Source of the DNA: Marsupella aquatica
Taxonomy: Eukaryota; Plantae; Marchantiophyta
Assembly (NCBI GenBank): GCA_973895155.1
Contig: OZ316898.1
Coordinates: 4,637,079-4,701,078 of the forward strand
Direction: 5' to 3'
Length of the DNA stretch: 64,000 nt
A model generated the notes under the pieces. It was not told the origin of the DNA. It ran no database searches and worked only from the letters and a program-made list of their open reading frames with translations. A program made the translations under genes and the position numbers. Positions 1 to 12,372 of the stretch are shown piece by piece (the first letter of the stretch is position 1; every line of letters begins with the position of its first letter).

Positions 1-1254
1 ACCTGAGAGTAATGCCTGATAACTATGTATAGACATACAAAGAAAAAATTTTGTGAGGGGTTTACATTTTATGGTAGAGCGTCTCAAAGTTTCATAAGTA
101 TATATAGATGATGATTTGGGGCAATAAAAAAATGGCCAAAACATTTCATCAGATTATGTAAAAGTCATTTTTGCACTATCCTCTAGAGTGACTAATGATA
201 CAGACATATAACCTTTATCGCAAAAAGTCATGGATTATGAATTTGGTAGTCTATAATTGTCTCTGTCAGTAACCTTAACCTGCTCAGTTTAGGTCCATCA
301 AGTTTTGAGATTTGAGGCCCCCTATTCCACTAATTAGGGCAAAACCAAAATACTTCTCTTGTTTTAGTTGTTTAGGTTTAAAATAATGAACTCACTGAAG
401 AGTTGGTGTTACACCTAGATGCTTGCAATATTATTAAAATTTTCATGACAGACTATGTAGAGGTATGTATGGCAAGTACTCTTAAGCACTCTTAAAATTC
501 ATATAAGTATTTGATTTTTGAGTGAAGTGTGGATGGCACTATTGTACAGTATAGCACCTGACAGTGTATCTGTAAAGTCACCCCGCCCCCCTCACCAAGA
601 CTACCACCTCAGTCCTTTGTACATTATCTTCCAAAAGACAGTAGATCTGGTTAGGAGAAATCCAGTGATTTTGGATGAGTGAGTGCTTTAAAAAAGCTGG
701 GAACTAAGTATCAGAAACCTGGGACCTAATAACACCCCCAATTAATAGTGTAGTCCTTAGGAAGAAGGCCCTGCCATGCATACACTAATTGACGGTTAGG
801 GCTATGCCATAAATGGAAACCCAATAGATCGTGCACTTGTAGGTGAAAACTATGTTATAAGTGAAAATGCAATTGTCACAAGTGCAGGGACAAAAACCTT
901 TGCAATCATAGATACTTTGCACATAGGCTCTGCACTCTCTGCGCAAAGTTTCCTCATATCCCTGCCTTACAGGATGGCTTCTATTGGGGCATATTGCATG
1001 GATTAGTGCAGAACAATACTCTATGTAAATATGTCCTGCACTTATCAATAAGGGCACCTCTTATCAATCATGCACTTTTGAGCAATTGCAAGTATACATA
1101 TCCATGGGTTGTACTTACATATTTGTTGTGTGGTGATCATTCCCTTTTTCTACTAGTGCCCACCAGTCTATTTACAAGCTAGGATTAGGATCAGGCTCTA
1201 CAGCAAGACAAAATTGGCAGGTGGTAGTTCCTTATGCAGGGTCATCCCAGACTA

Positions 1255-1558
1255 TGTTAGGAATTGACTCAAGTTCCTGACTTGAGTTAGTTTGACTTTA
1301 CTAGAGTTAGTTAACCATTGATTACATAAGGATAAGATCCACTTATTACTTTAAGGCCCACATATCTTAGCTAGTCTCCCTTGGGGGCTATAGGCTACAG
1401 GGAGAACATTATCTCCCTCATTCTTCATATGTATTCTCTCATGAACTATGGATCATTAAGGAGTTTCTCCATCATGGTGTCTTGTGGTGTGGTATGAGGT
1501 CGAATTTTCTCTCATGTTCCGCATTTGTTGTCTAGTCTGAGCTGATGGTTTTTTTTCA
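1255..1558 (+). mobile_element. Solo LTR of an LTR retrotransposon (304 bp)
   Basis: Begins TGTTAGG and ends ...TTTCA. Flanked by a perfect 5-bp TSD GACTA (1250-1254, 1559-1563). Homologous copies at 52595-52783 and 53785-~54040. Confidence 0.88.
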
Positions 1559-1834
1559 GACTATGCCGCACCCAAACTCAGAGTTGACGCAGGGAATAGC
1601 GATGCAACACCATACAAGACTACAAGGTCCTTATCGACAAACATTGATGGTGGAAATTTTCAGATTTTTGCAAAGACTAGTTAAAATTAGCTGTTTATCA
1701 ATTCTGGACAAGCAGTCCTAGGAAATTTATTGTTGCCCATCACTTGCAAATGGTATGTCTTTACATTTAGAACGCTTCTTGCAGCACGTGTATCCACATA
1801 AGTGCACAGCCTATTTGTCTCCACTCATCCCAAT

Positions 1835-1987
1835 TAAAAAATAATAATTCACAAAGGACCCCAAAGGGAGGGGCGAGCCCGAACACCAGCACGGGGGCAA
1901 AAACCACCCAAGCACCTGGAAACCCAGGAAAACCATGGACCCCCCCAGAGCACCCCAAACCAACCTAATCAGGCCAAGCTGCATAGG
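1835..1987 (-). mobile_element. 5'-truncated non-LTR (SINE/LINE-tail) insertion
   Basis: 153-bp insert between perfect 16-bp direct repeats CTCCACTCATCCCAAT (1819-1834, 1988-2003). The minus-strand 3' end is T-rich (TTATTATTTTTT). Confidence 0.7.
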
Positions 1988-2936
1988 CTCCACTCATCCC
2001 AATAAGCATAGCCCAGTGGTAACAAGCTTCATAAGTCAACTAGTTTTTGCACAAAACTCATCTCCAAATGAGGTTCACCAAACCCTTCACACACAAAAGA
2101 TTTGACACTCTGGAAAAACCTGGAGGTCACTCTTTTATCACTAGATGAAAACTGAAAGACAACATAACCCAAGGGGTTCGGATAAATGAATTTTCCAAGA
2201 ATAGTGTCTGGTGGGGGCCAAGGTGGAGATTTAAATTTTGGGATTGCAGCTAGTCCAACGTACAATATTGGCCACAGGCTAGCTGCAATAATGGGAATGC
2301 TCTTAGACAGTGCAACAAAATGTGCAAATACTCGTAAAAACGTCGGGGAGAAAACTACAGTAGGCCTTGCAATACCCACGTTTTGCACTTATCCAAGGTT
2401 CACCATAGTTTCTTGAGAATTCAATTCAAATTGTTCCCTGTCAAAGTTCCCGCCCTTTTTCCTCGTCTTCTTCTCTTCACTTCTCTTCTCTTCTCTTCTC
2501 TTCGCCTCTCCTTCACCTTCTTCTCAGCCCGTTTCTTCCCATTTCTCTCTGCAAGATCGTTGCCGATTGCCGATTGCCGTTCCAACGCCAGCGTGAGTTC
2601 GTCCTCTGTCTCGATTCGCTCAATTTCCCAACGATGATTGCAATTACCTCGAATTTCCGAATCGCCTTGGTTGAGAAGGCTGACGGAACTCTTCCGAAAT
2701 AGTTTGAAGAGATACGTCTCAGGACTTAGCTCCGACCGAATCATTATTGGACATCCAGCAATTGAAAGCAAATTAGTGTACGTGAGTTTTGGGTTCATCA
2801 TTACACGGGGTGGGTGATCGACTCGTGGGCTCCCACAATTGAGGTTGGACTGGTCTTTACCATAGAAATGGTACAAAAAATTGTCAGCGTAGACGAGTCT
2901 GGAGCCTCGTCACTCAAATAGATTGTCCCACTCGTG

Positions 2937-5900
2937 ATGAGCAATGCAGAGACTCCAGATGAGGAGGTTAAAGAGCTGTACGCCTATGGCGCAGGCTTGC
3001 AGTCTCTCTCTGAAATCATTGGCCTCGACCGGTTCGTCAAATTGGAGTTGCTAAGCCTTCATGGCAACCGTATCGAGAGGATTCAGGGGTTAGAGGGACT
3101 GCCGCTGCTCAAGGAGCTGAATCTGTCGTCCAACAATATCAAGGAAATGGAGGGCCTCGCTCAACTGTCCCAGCTACAGGTCCTCAATTTGTCTTGCAAC
3201 CACATTGAGGATATTAAGGACGTTCAGGGCCTTCGGGCACTTAGGAAATTGCTGCTGTCCCACAACCGAATCTCGTGTCTGGGTGGCTTGTCATCCCTAC
3301 ATGGGCCTCGGTAAAGACTGCTTCAATTCCTCGCATCAAAGCTGGCAACGAGCGTTTCTGTGACGGAATATATATGAATTCAAATTCTTGCCTCTTTCCT
3401 TCGTTTATGGCAGTCCTCTGTTAGTAGTCACGTGTTGGATTCGAGTGAGCTTCCATTATTTTAATCAATGAATCTTGTCATATTGAGGTCACTCGAACAG
3501 AGATTAAGTACAAGATAACTATTTTAGTGTAATAAATGAGACCCGCTTTAAAGTATGTCGCAGTTAATCTTTTGCTCATCCTGTGGATGGAGTGGAATGT
3601 CTGATAGACCGTTCCTGCACTCTTGTCGGGGAATGGCTGAGAAAGGAAACGTTTTTGCTTCAGTTATTCGATAGACATCTGTTTCCAGTCCCTTATAATG
3701 AAGAGAAGGGTAGTCCACTTTCTTAATGCAAAAACTATCGAGCGTTATGAATGAAATCACAAAGAGAATGAGTAAAGTTTTTGGTCGACGGGCCGCGTTT
3801 GGGCGTCAGACCAAGTGCCCATTTAAGCTCGTAACGGAAGGCTTAGATTGAATTGAAATTGACGTCCATGCGTGTCCGATGGGGCAAGGCACAGAAAGTC
3901 TAAGCAGGCAGAATGTAAGCAAGAAGAAAGACAATTTTTGCTCTGTATTTAGGCAAAGGAAAACCCGTAAACGTAGGAAACTAGAAACTATTGTCGCCGT
4001 GGGATTATGTAAGCAAATGTTAGCGTTCAATTCGGGGGTGTGCAGATATGCTCTGCAACTTTTGGATATGCGAGACAATGTGGTCAGCTCTTTAGCGGAG
4101 TTGAGAGTGCTTGCTGGATGTGTCAATTTGACGGAACTGATTTTCTCATGGGGCAATCATAGTAACCCAATCTGTCAAGCTCTTGCTTATAAGTCAGCAG
4201 TTGTTGCCGCTGTACCCCACATACTCAAATTAGATGGAAAGATTCTCTATCCAGGGCCTAGTCGTACGTCTCAAGCCCCATCTCTAATTGAAGGTAATTT
4301 TCAATCTAAGAATGGTGGTTCTCTGCTGCCATCATGGGCGTTGCAGTACAAGGACCATAGTCTGCAGGCTCGTCCTTTTGATACAGAACCGGCCCTGCCA
4401 TGGCAGACCATTTCACGGCCACAGCGAGAGATTCCAATCTCTTCAATACATCAAAAGACGGCTTCAGGGGTCCATGAGACGAGCTCAAGTGACTTGCTAT
4501 CCATGGCCAATCTCTCTCATCCTCACACTGACCAGAAATTACCATCAACCTTGGAGCGCGGTAAAGGATCTGGGCTAGGCATTTCGTCCATTAAGAGCAG
4601 CTCTGGCTTACCTCTGATTAGAAAATCCCCCACAAACTTTGAAACTGGGAAAACCCCAGGTCCTAAAGCTGGTCAGAGGGCGTTGGATGTTCCCGAAGCA
4701 AACCATTCAAGCCAGACAAGTCACGAAGCTTGGTTAGGCGTTCTTGAAGAAAAGATTCTGAATCTGGTTCAACAGCTACCCATTGCGAAGAAAGATCCTC
4801 AAGGAGAATTGATTGGCCAACATGGTGATAGAGTGGTCTCATGTGGTGGCTCCAAGGTCCGAAGGCGTGACACGAGAGATGTTCCCCGACATCACATGAG
4901 AAAAGAAAACGGCAGTGACCCAGAATTGAATGAACTAAGAGATGCAGCCAGCAGCGGTCGAGATTCGTCGGATAGCTGCAAGCCTGGATTAGAGATTCTT
5001 AGTAGGGCACTGTCAAGCAACGAAGATAGCGGAAGTGAAAGTCCTCCCAGACGCTGGGTTCATTTTGGACACAAGAGGAAAGAGATAAAGGTGTGCAACA
5101 TCTCTCCTGGCTACTCTTCCCTTATTCTCCTTTTTCCACCTCATCATCAGCTTGAAGGCCTAAATCAAAAGACTAGATTCAAGCGGACCCTATTAGTATG
5201 GGACAAACAATGAAGAATTGAACTAAAATGATCTAAAATTTTACAGAATCCCCACGATTCCAGTGATGAGAAATACTCATTTCTGCTTGTGGTGATTTCA
5301 TACGAAATTAGTTGAGGTGATTTTCTACATTCTACCTTTGCCCTACATCGCCAACTTCCCAATGTATGAATTACTTGTTATCTCAGTTTCTTTTGGTTTG
5401 CTTGCATTTGAGAGGCCACAGGCATGCACAGGAATGGTAAAACAGTGCTTGCACATTTAGTTTGTCTGCATCGGCGCAAGTGATGTCCTGACCTATGAAC
5501 GGTATCTAAGCTCAGGACAAAAACGATCTCCAGGATCTCACAAGGCCAGGAAGAAACTCGGGCAAGGGGATTCCTGTGACGCCCAATAATGAAGTTTTGG
5601 AGCAATTATATAAAGAGGTCAGCCATGAGCCGTGGGCGCTCCCTCGTCAAAAACACCGTTATCTTGAATGTGTGATTATTGCTTCAATGCTGTACTGTAT
5701 TGTGCAACTTCCCTACATATTCTGAGAAGATGAATCACGTGCAAATCTTAAGTCGTACAGCGTTATTCTTCAGTATTGATTTGATTGTGTCATGCTGCAT
5801 TATTTATTTGTCTCCTGACGAACTGTCTGTCAGCCGCAAGTCTGGTTTGTAGAGAAACGACGATGGCAAGTATTCCTGTACCCAACATTACACTACTTTC

Positions 5901-8900
5901 TGGATCTTGCTAACCAAAAGTGCGGTAGTGCATGTGTCCAAAATGAAGGTTGCCAACATAAAGAGTCCAAAGAAGGGGTCTGCAAGCCATGCAAGTAGTT
6001 ACAGTAAGACATAAGCGGTCCTCTGAGACTTGCTTTCTTTTGTAAGAATCTTTCGTTCATTTCGGTCTAAGAAGAGATTATCTGCAGGTGAGAAATCTGC
6101 AAGCGGGTTTGGCGTCTTTGACCAGTATCCATAGAGGCGGTGAAATTCCTGAGAAGAAGTTAGAGGAACAAACGGAGAGGACAATTGAAGTTAAACAGAA
6201 TGAAAAGGAGGCAGCTCTTTGCAAGTTAAAGAGAGACTTCACTTTGCTGGAGACCAAACTTGCCACTTCGGAGGAGAAATTTTCTGAAGAAAGAAATAAT
6301 TTGCTCAGAAAACTGGAGTCAGAACAGGAAGAAAGAAAGAGATTGCACGAAATTCTCAAGTCAGAACAGGAAGAAAGAAACAAAGTACTTGAAAATCTCA
6401 AAACAGAACAGGAAGAAAGAAACAAATTGCGTGAAAGTCGCAAAGCCGAACAGGAAGAAATGAGTGATTTGCACAACAGCCTTGAAGCCGCAGAGTCCAA
6501 GATATGCAGGCTTGAACGGATGATGCAGGTTTGGGATGAACCTTGGACTCGAAGCAGTCCTGATAAGAGATTGGAAGTGTAGTTTATATGTATGTCGAAT
6601 CTTTTTACCTGATATGTTGGATCAAGAAGCAACTAAACTGATTGTTGCGACTTGTAATGTTTTTCCCTGCACACTAATAACATCAATAAGATGTCATGAA
6701 AGTCATAGCAGAGGATTCTGTTGTAACGCGAAGGCTTCACTCGCGATTATATGGAATCAAAGATAATGTGAAACAGTACTAGTGCGATGATTATGCTATC
6801 ATAACCCTATCGCAGGAGAGTGATGTCAAGGAACAGGAAATGAGCAAAAAGATTGAAAAATTCGTAGCAGAAAGGGCCCAAATAGAATCACTTCTTCACG
6901 AGAAGTATCGCGGGAAGTTTCTATCTCAAAACACACAACTGATTTCCATGAAGGAGGCTCTCAATGTTGCGACTCATGCCCGCCAGGTATATGGCCAAGC
7001 TGGTCTGTCTTTCTGGCAAATGCTTATTTGACAGTCACATTCTGGAATCTCCTTGCCAAGTTCGCTCATTTCTGCTTGATCGATTTGTACAGTAGTTAGA
7101 CATCACAATGGTAAAGCCGGTGGTATAATTGCACAACTGTATTGCTTACCGTTGCAATCCCAGACTCCCTTTAGTGACGTCCACATAAGCTGAACCGCTG
7201 GAGAATGTACTCAGAATGCAGAAAGTGCACTCTTGGATGCAACAGCAGAAAAGGAGAGCAGCAGGCAGTTGGCTGTGTCACTTGGGCAGCTACTCGAAGA
7301 AGAAAAGGGAAAGCTCGGAGTTTGCAATTCAGAGATGGTCTGGAGACATTCTCGTTTCAGCCCATGCTTGTCCATTCATTCTTGTTACCTTATGAACTTT
7401 AGGTGCACCAGAGTTAAGGGAATTTCCTGCGTGTTTACGGACTCAAGTAATGTTCGGTAGGAAAGCAAAGAATTAACGAGTAATTTTGTGGATGTCGACG
7501 TCTTGTCGCAGGAGTGACAATTACGATGCACGGTCTTTTCCATTTCTGCATTGTTTGGTCATTTTCGTTATTCGTCATCGTGCTGCATTCGTTCTGCAAA
7601 TCTCGATCATAATGCAGGGAATTGATGGCTGCATATCTGGTTTTGTTTCGTTACGCTCAGTAGGAGGACTGCAGATCACTCGTTTTGGAACTTCGGGAGC
7701 AGGTTGAAAAATCCTCCAAGGATTTTTTGAATTCAAAGACAGAGCATCAGGAGGCACTGGAACAGTTGAGCAAGTAAGTGGCTGCTTCGTTTTGACAAAT
7801 TATGTGGTTCTATTTCTGTGTTTCAACATTTCCCGAGATAAGTCTTCTTTTTCTTTGTCCTGGGCTGGAAACAATTCTATAAGACATCGGTCAACAGAAG
7901 TACAATACTAAATGGGATTTAGATACTTGTAGGTAGCATCAATAAAATTGAACTGAATATGGTCGGGCAATTCCTTCGCACAGCCAAATTGCGTTTGGGG
8001 ATTTCCCAGAATCTTTACAAGTCTCGTCCATTTGTAAATCATGGCGCTGTCATAAGATGAAGCAAGTTCTGTCATAGCAAGAAGAACAACTAGATGGGGC
8101 TCAAAAATATTCCTACGAACCTGAGGATTTAGAAGAAGCTGCAGTCAACACAACTACACTTGCAACAACTGGGCTTGTGATCACGAGAAGCGCAATCACA
8201 AGATTGGGTTCCGTGGGGATCTGCGGCAACAGAATACTTCCGTATTTTATCAGCGCTGCTCCTGCTGTACAACCTGCAAACAATTTCGCCAAGTATTGCC
8301 AGTCTTCGGATATGGATTGTTGAGAAAGTTTCTCATTGTCCGGAGCATCTCCAAGTCCAGCCCTTGCACGCCCGCAAGCTACTCTCCTGGAAAGCCAAGT
8401 CGTTTGCCTCATCCCTTCCCTGTATCTGTTGGTCGAACCAAAGGGCAACGGGGCGCCCGCTCCAAGCAATGCATTGCGCTCTCCTCTACGACAAACCTGC
8501 AGTGCTGAGCTGTTCGAGAGTGTGGACCCAGCGAGCCCAGTGCTGCAGGCGCAGATGGCAAAACAATTCGCCATGGCTAATGTACTCATAGAGCAAGGTT
8601 TTGCAAGAGATCTTGAGTTTCAGCAAGCTCTGTTGATGTCCAAAGCTTTCGAAGTGAAATGGTCACCTCCATGTCGAAACCGTGATTGAACACACCATTT
8701 CTTGATGCCACCTCAAATTGACTGCGAAGGCAGGATGTGGCTATCAGCACTCTGCAATCCTGCACCTGCCATACACCCACAAATCAACACAAAGGATCCC
8801 AATCAGTACACTTACTTGTCAACATGCACAGGACCATGCCTCACCTATCATAATGCAATCCTAACTCGTGATGCATAGTTTCTAGAATGAGATGCTCCAA

Positions 8901-11900
8901 GACAGACTGAACCATATACACACGGCCATCTTCTCTCTCTTACCATGAAGAACGTTCAAAAATCAGGGCTCACGGGAAGCGTTCAGACACACGTTAGCCT
9001 TATAAGTTTACACCATGACTTCCAAGTGTCGATAGTCACAACTTAGACCAAGGAGCAGCACCAGGAGAAATCCTAGAGTGTAAATCACGATCTCTAACGG
9101 GAACTGGAGCTCTACTTCAGGGTTTGCCAATCGGTTTGCCAAACACGACACTTCAGCAGCTTCCGCCCCTGAGGTGAACGCCAAGTGGATTCTCCAGAGA
9201 GAGCAGTACATACCTCATCGAATCCGTCTCGCATTCAGATTGGACTTGCGAATGTAGGGCTCCACGTTTCCTCTCACATCTGCAGCTCCATATCCATTTC
9301 GCTGTTCCCAGTCTCGAAGTTGACACTAGGAACATTTGATATGTGCTTTACACAAACAAGTGCTCCCAGTAGACAGAGGAATATGATAATTGTTTAAGTA
9401 AATTTTCTACACACAGCTGCTACAAAGGGATTCGTGGCGCAATGGTAGCGCGTCTGACTCCAGATCAGAAGGTTGCGTGTTCGATTCACGTCGAGTTCAA
9501 AGCTCGAAATACCTACCCTTACAATTTGGCAAATTTTTTTCACGTTTAAACGCTGCCGTAGTAGCAATTTGTGTTTTTGGTATCTTAGACATTGCCGTGG
9601 TAGCAATTGTGTTTCTGGTATAGTTCAGGCGACTTACAGCTTCGAGAAATAGCTTAGAAACAAGCATTCACAACTCAGTAGATGAATATACTTACGAACT
9701 GAGGTGGTGAAGAAAATTGTGATGGTTATAATTTAGTGGCATGTTGATAACAAACATCACCAGAACCTTCGTTACTTGCATGTCGGGTTCAAAGCTCAAA
9801 CAACTTGACTTCCCTACATTGTGGCATTTTTTCTTCACATTTCAAAATTGCAGCAGTACCAATTGTGTGTTCAGTCAGGCCATGGATGCAACTTACCCTT
9901 TCTGGAAATACTGAGTGTAGACACATAATAGGCAAGGGAATGTTGAAACAAGCATTCACAATTAGATTAACTAGCCTGGCTGCCCGAGCTTTGCTCCAAG
10001 CCCATGGTTGCCTCCCTGGCCTTTTCCCTCACTGCAAAACTCATCACCACCTCATAGTCATGGTCTACAGGCTTTCACTCTAGAGCTTAGGCTCCAGATT
10101 ATAAGCTTTTGATTGCAAATTATTAGTTGGATATACAAACTATATAAGTGCAAAAAATTGTGATGGTTGTAATCTAGTCTGTTGATAACCATCATTAGAA
10201 CCCTCATTACTTGCTCCCACTTTCACTCACTTTACACTAATAGTCTCTGTTCACTAGATTGTTAGTCCCACTATCTGTTGAATGCATATACTTGCTTAAT
10301 GTTGTCTAGATATCAAACATTTTTGAAGCAGCTTCAATCAAACCTATGTGTTGGTTTATTTTACCAGGCTTCACAAGCATGAGTTGCAGGAAGCCATTGC
10401 ACGTGAGTTTGCAGCTGGAGAGAGTAGAGGGATGCTTGCAGCTGAGAAAAAATTCAATTTGAAATTTGATGAACTTAGAAATGCCATGGACTTGAAACTC
10501 AAGGATGCACAAAAAGAGTTCCAAAAAGCTCATGATGGTGAGGTTTGAAGACTTGGTGCACACAACTCATAAAGTTGCATGAGTACAAAATAGATGACAG
10601 TTGTGTAATTTTGCATTAAGATGGTGACATTGTCAATCCAGATTGGAACACCTACGTGGTTTTAGTTCAAAGCATTGGCCACAAGAATTTGTTAAGCATA
10701 GTGAAATAGATGCAATCTTATCAGTATCAATGTCATTTTGGGTTTGATTTCAGGGTGTTTTCAGGTTTGGCTTTCAAAAATTTGGACAAGCAAAAGTGCT
10801 TATAGTGTTTTTTTCTCTTGTTCTTGCAGAGCTTATCAAGATACGGCAGGACATGGGCAGTCTAAGGAATGAGAAGGAGAGAGAGGAGGTGACGCTCAAG
10901 GAAACGATTCGAAGAGTCCTTCTTAAGGTATATAGTATTAGTACAATATGAATTCCTACCCAACTTTGTCTTGTCAAATAGATGGGATTGATGGGTTGGT
11001 ACAATTGGTTAATAACTTAGCACCTATTGTGGAACATTTATTCTTGCTGCAGGATCCATTTTATTCCACTTAGTCTTGCTATTAGGTGTGAAAAGGTACT
11101 GTCTAGGCATTGGTTCCGACACCCCAAGCTTTTGGGCAGGCACCCATTCTAGACCTTTAGTTTACTTAGATCTGTTGCAATAACTTACTGCAATTCTACA
11201 ATGTGATCACCTAGATGAGGTCTGTTTATATTGACATACATGTTGACGCATTTATCAATGATATTGTAGGAGCAAGAAAAAGAGGCATTGGTTGTAGAAC
11301 TTTCAAGTGTTGTGCGTTCTCAGGTGACCACCTTGAGTTATATTGTGTCCTAGAGTTTTAAATTCAGAAGCCCTTCCAAAATGTTTTGGTGTGCTTTGTA
11401 CTCGGTTTTGTGTTTGTGTTTTTTAAAGGAGATAAAATGGATGAAGGAAGTTGCTTGCATGCGGCCAGAAAGTGATGCTACAGGATGATCTCTCACATTT
11501 ATGTTTATCATTGTGTTTGCAGAAGATAAAGCTACAAACTGCTCAATTTGATTTGGAGAGGCTTGCCGAAGCTGAGGAGGTACTCAGATAAATCACTACT
11601 TGGAGAAAGTGGCTCCTAATAAGAACTTGACGTGGCTCAAAGATATTTCTAATACAAATACCAAGCAGTTTGTGGTATAACCAAAGTTGACATGTGTTGT
11701 CAAGACCAATTTGACAGATAAACAAAGAAATCAACATGTCATCATTTTACCTCCACAAACTGCAAACTCTGGTGGACATAACCAAACTTCAACAACAGAG
11801 TAGATGGACCTCCTCTGCCTCTCTAAAAATAATTCTACAAAACTGTATAAACTTTATTTGATTTCTAAGTTCTGACATCAACTACACCTTAATGATTGCT

Positions 11901-12333
11901 TGCTTCCTAAAGAAAGATTCAGTCTCAAAGATACAAGAATGATTTAATATTTCTGCTTCTACAGGATCTTCAGAAGATGCATCAGGAGATGATAATTGTA
12001 AGACGCAAGGCAGACAAGTGCAATGACCTTACTTTTGAGGTGGAAAGTCTCCAGAAGAAGATGGCAGAAGTCATTGGTGATGCAGAAAAACAGAAAGAGA
12101 GTATTGCAGAGAAGTTTCATGCAAAATTGGTTTCTCTCGAAAATGAGAACAACATACTTACAGCAAAGTTGCAAAATCTTGAATCATCTGAGGATGCCAT
12201 TAAAGTAATTTTTATGATCAGCCTGCCTTATCATTCTTCTATATTGTAAAGGAATTTCAATTTTTGCTAATCCATGGTGCAAATCAGGAGAAGAATTGTA
12301 AGGTGATAATCAATAAGTAGGGATGTTACATCT

Positions 12334-12372
<39 letters not shown>

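Noticed and set aside
2421-2876. 151-aa ORF with a basic KRREE stretch
   Set aside because: Arises from a (TTCTC)n pyrimidine tract in the LRRCC1 promoter/leader; non-ATG start.
6078-6632. 184-aa antisense ORF, and similar shadow ORFs opposite the PPR, DCD and coiled-coil genes
   Set aside because: Antisense shadows of repetitive coding exons.
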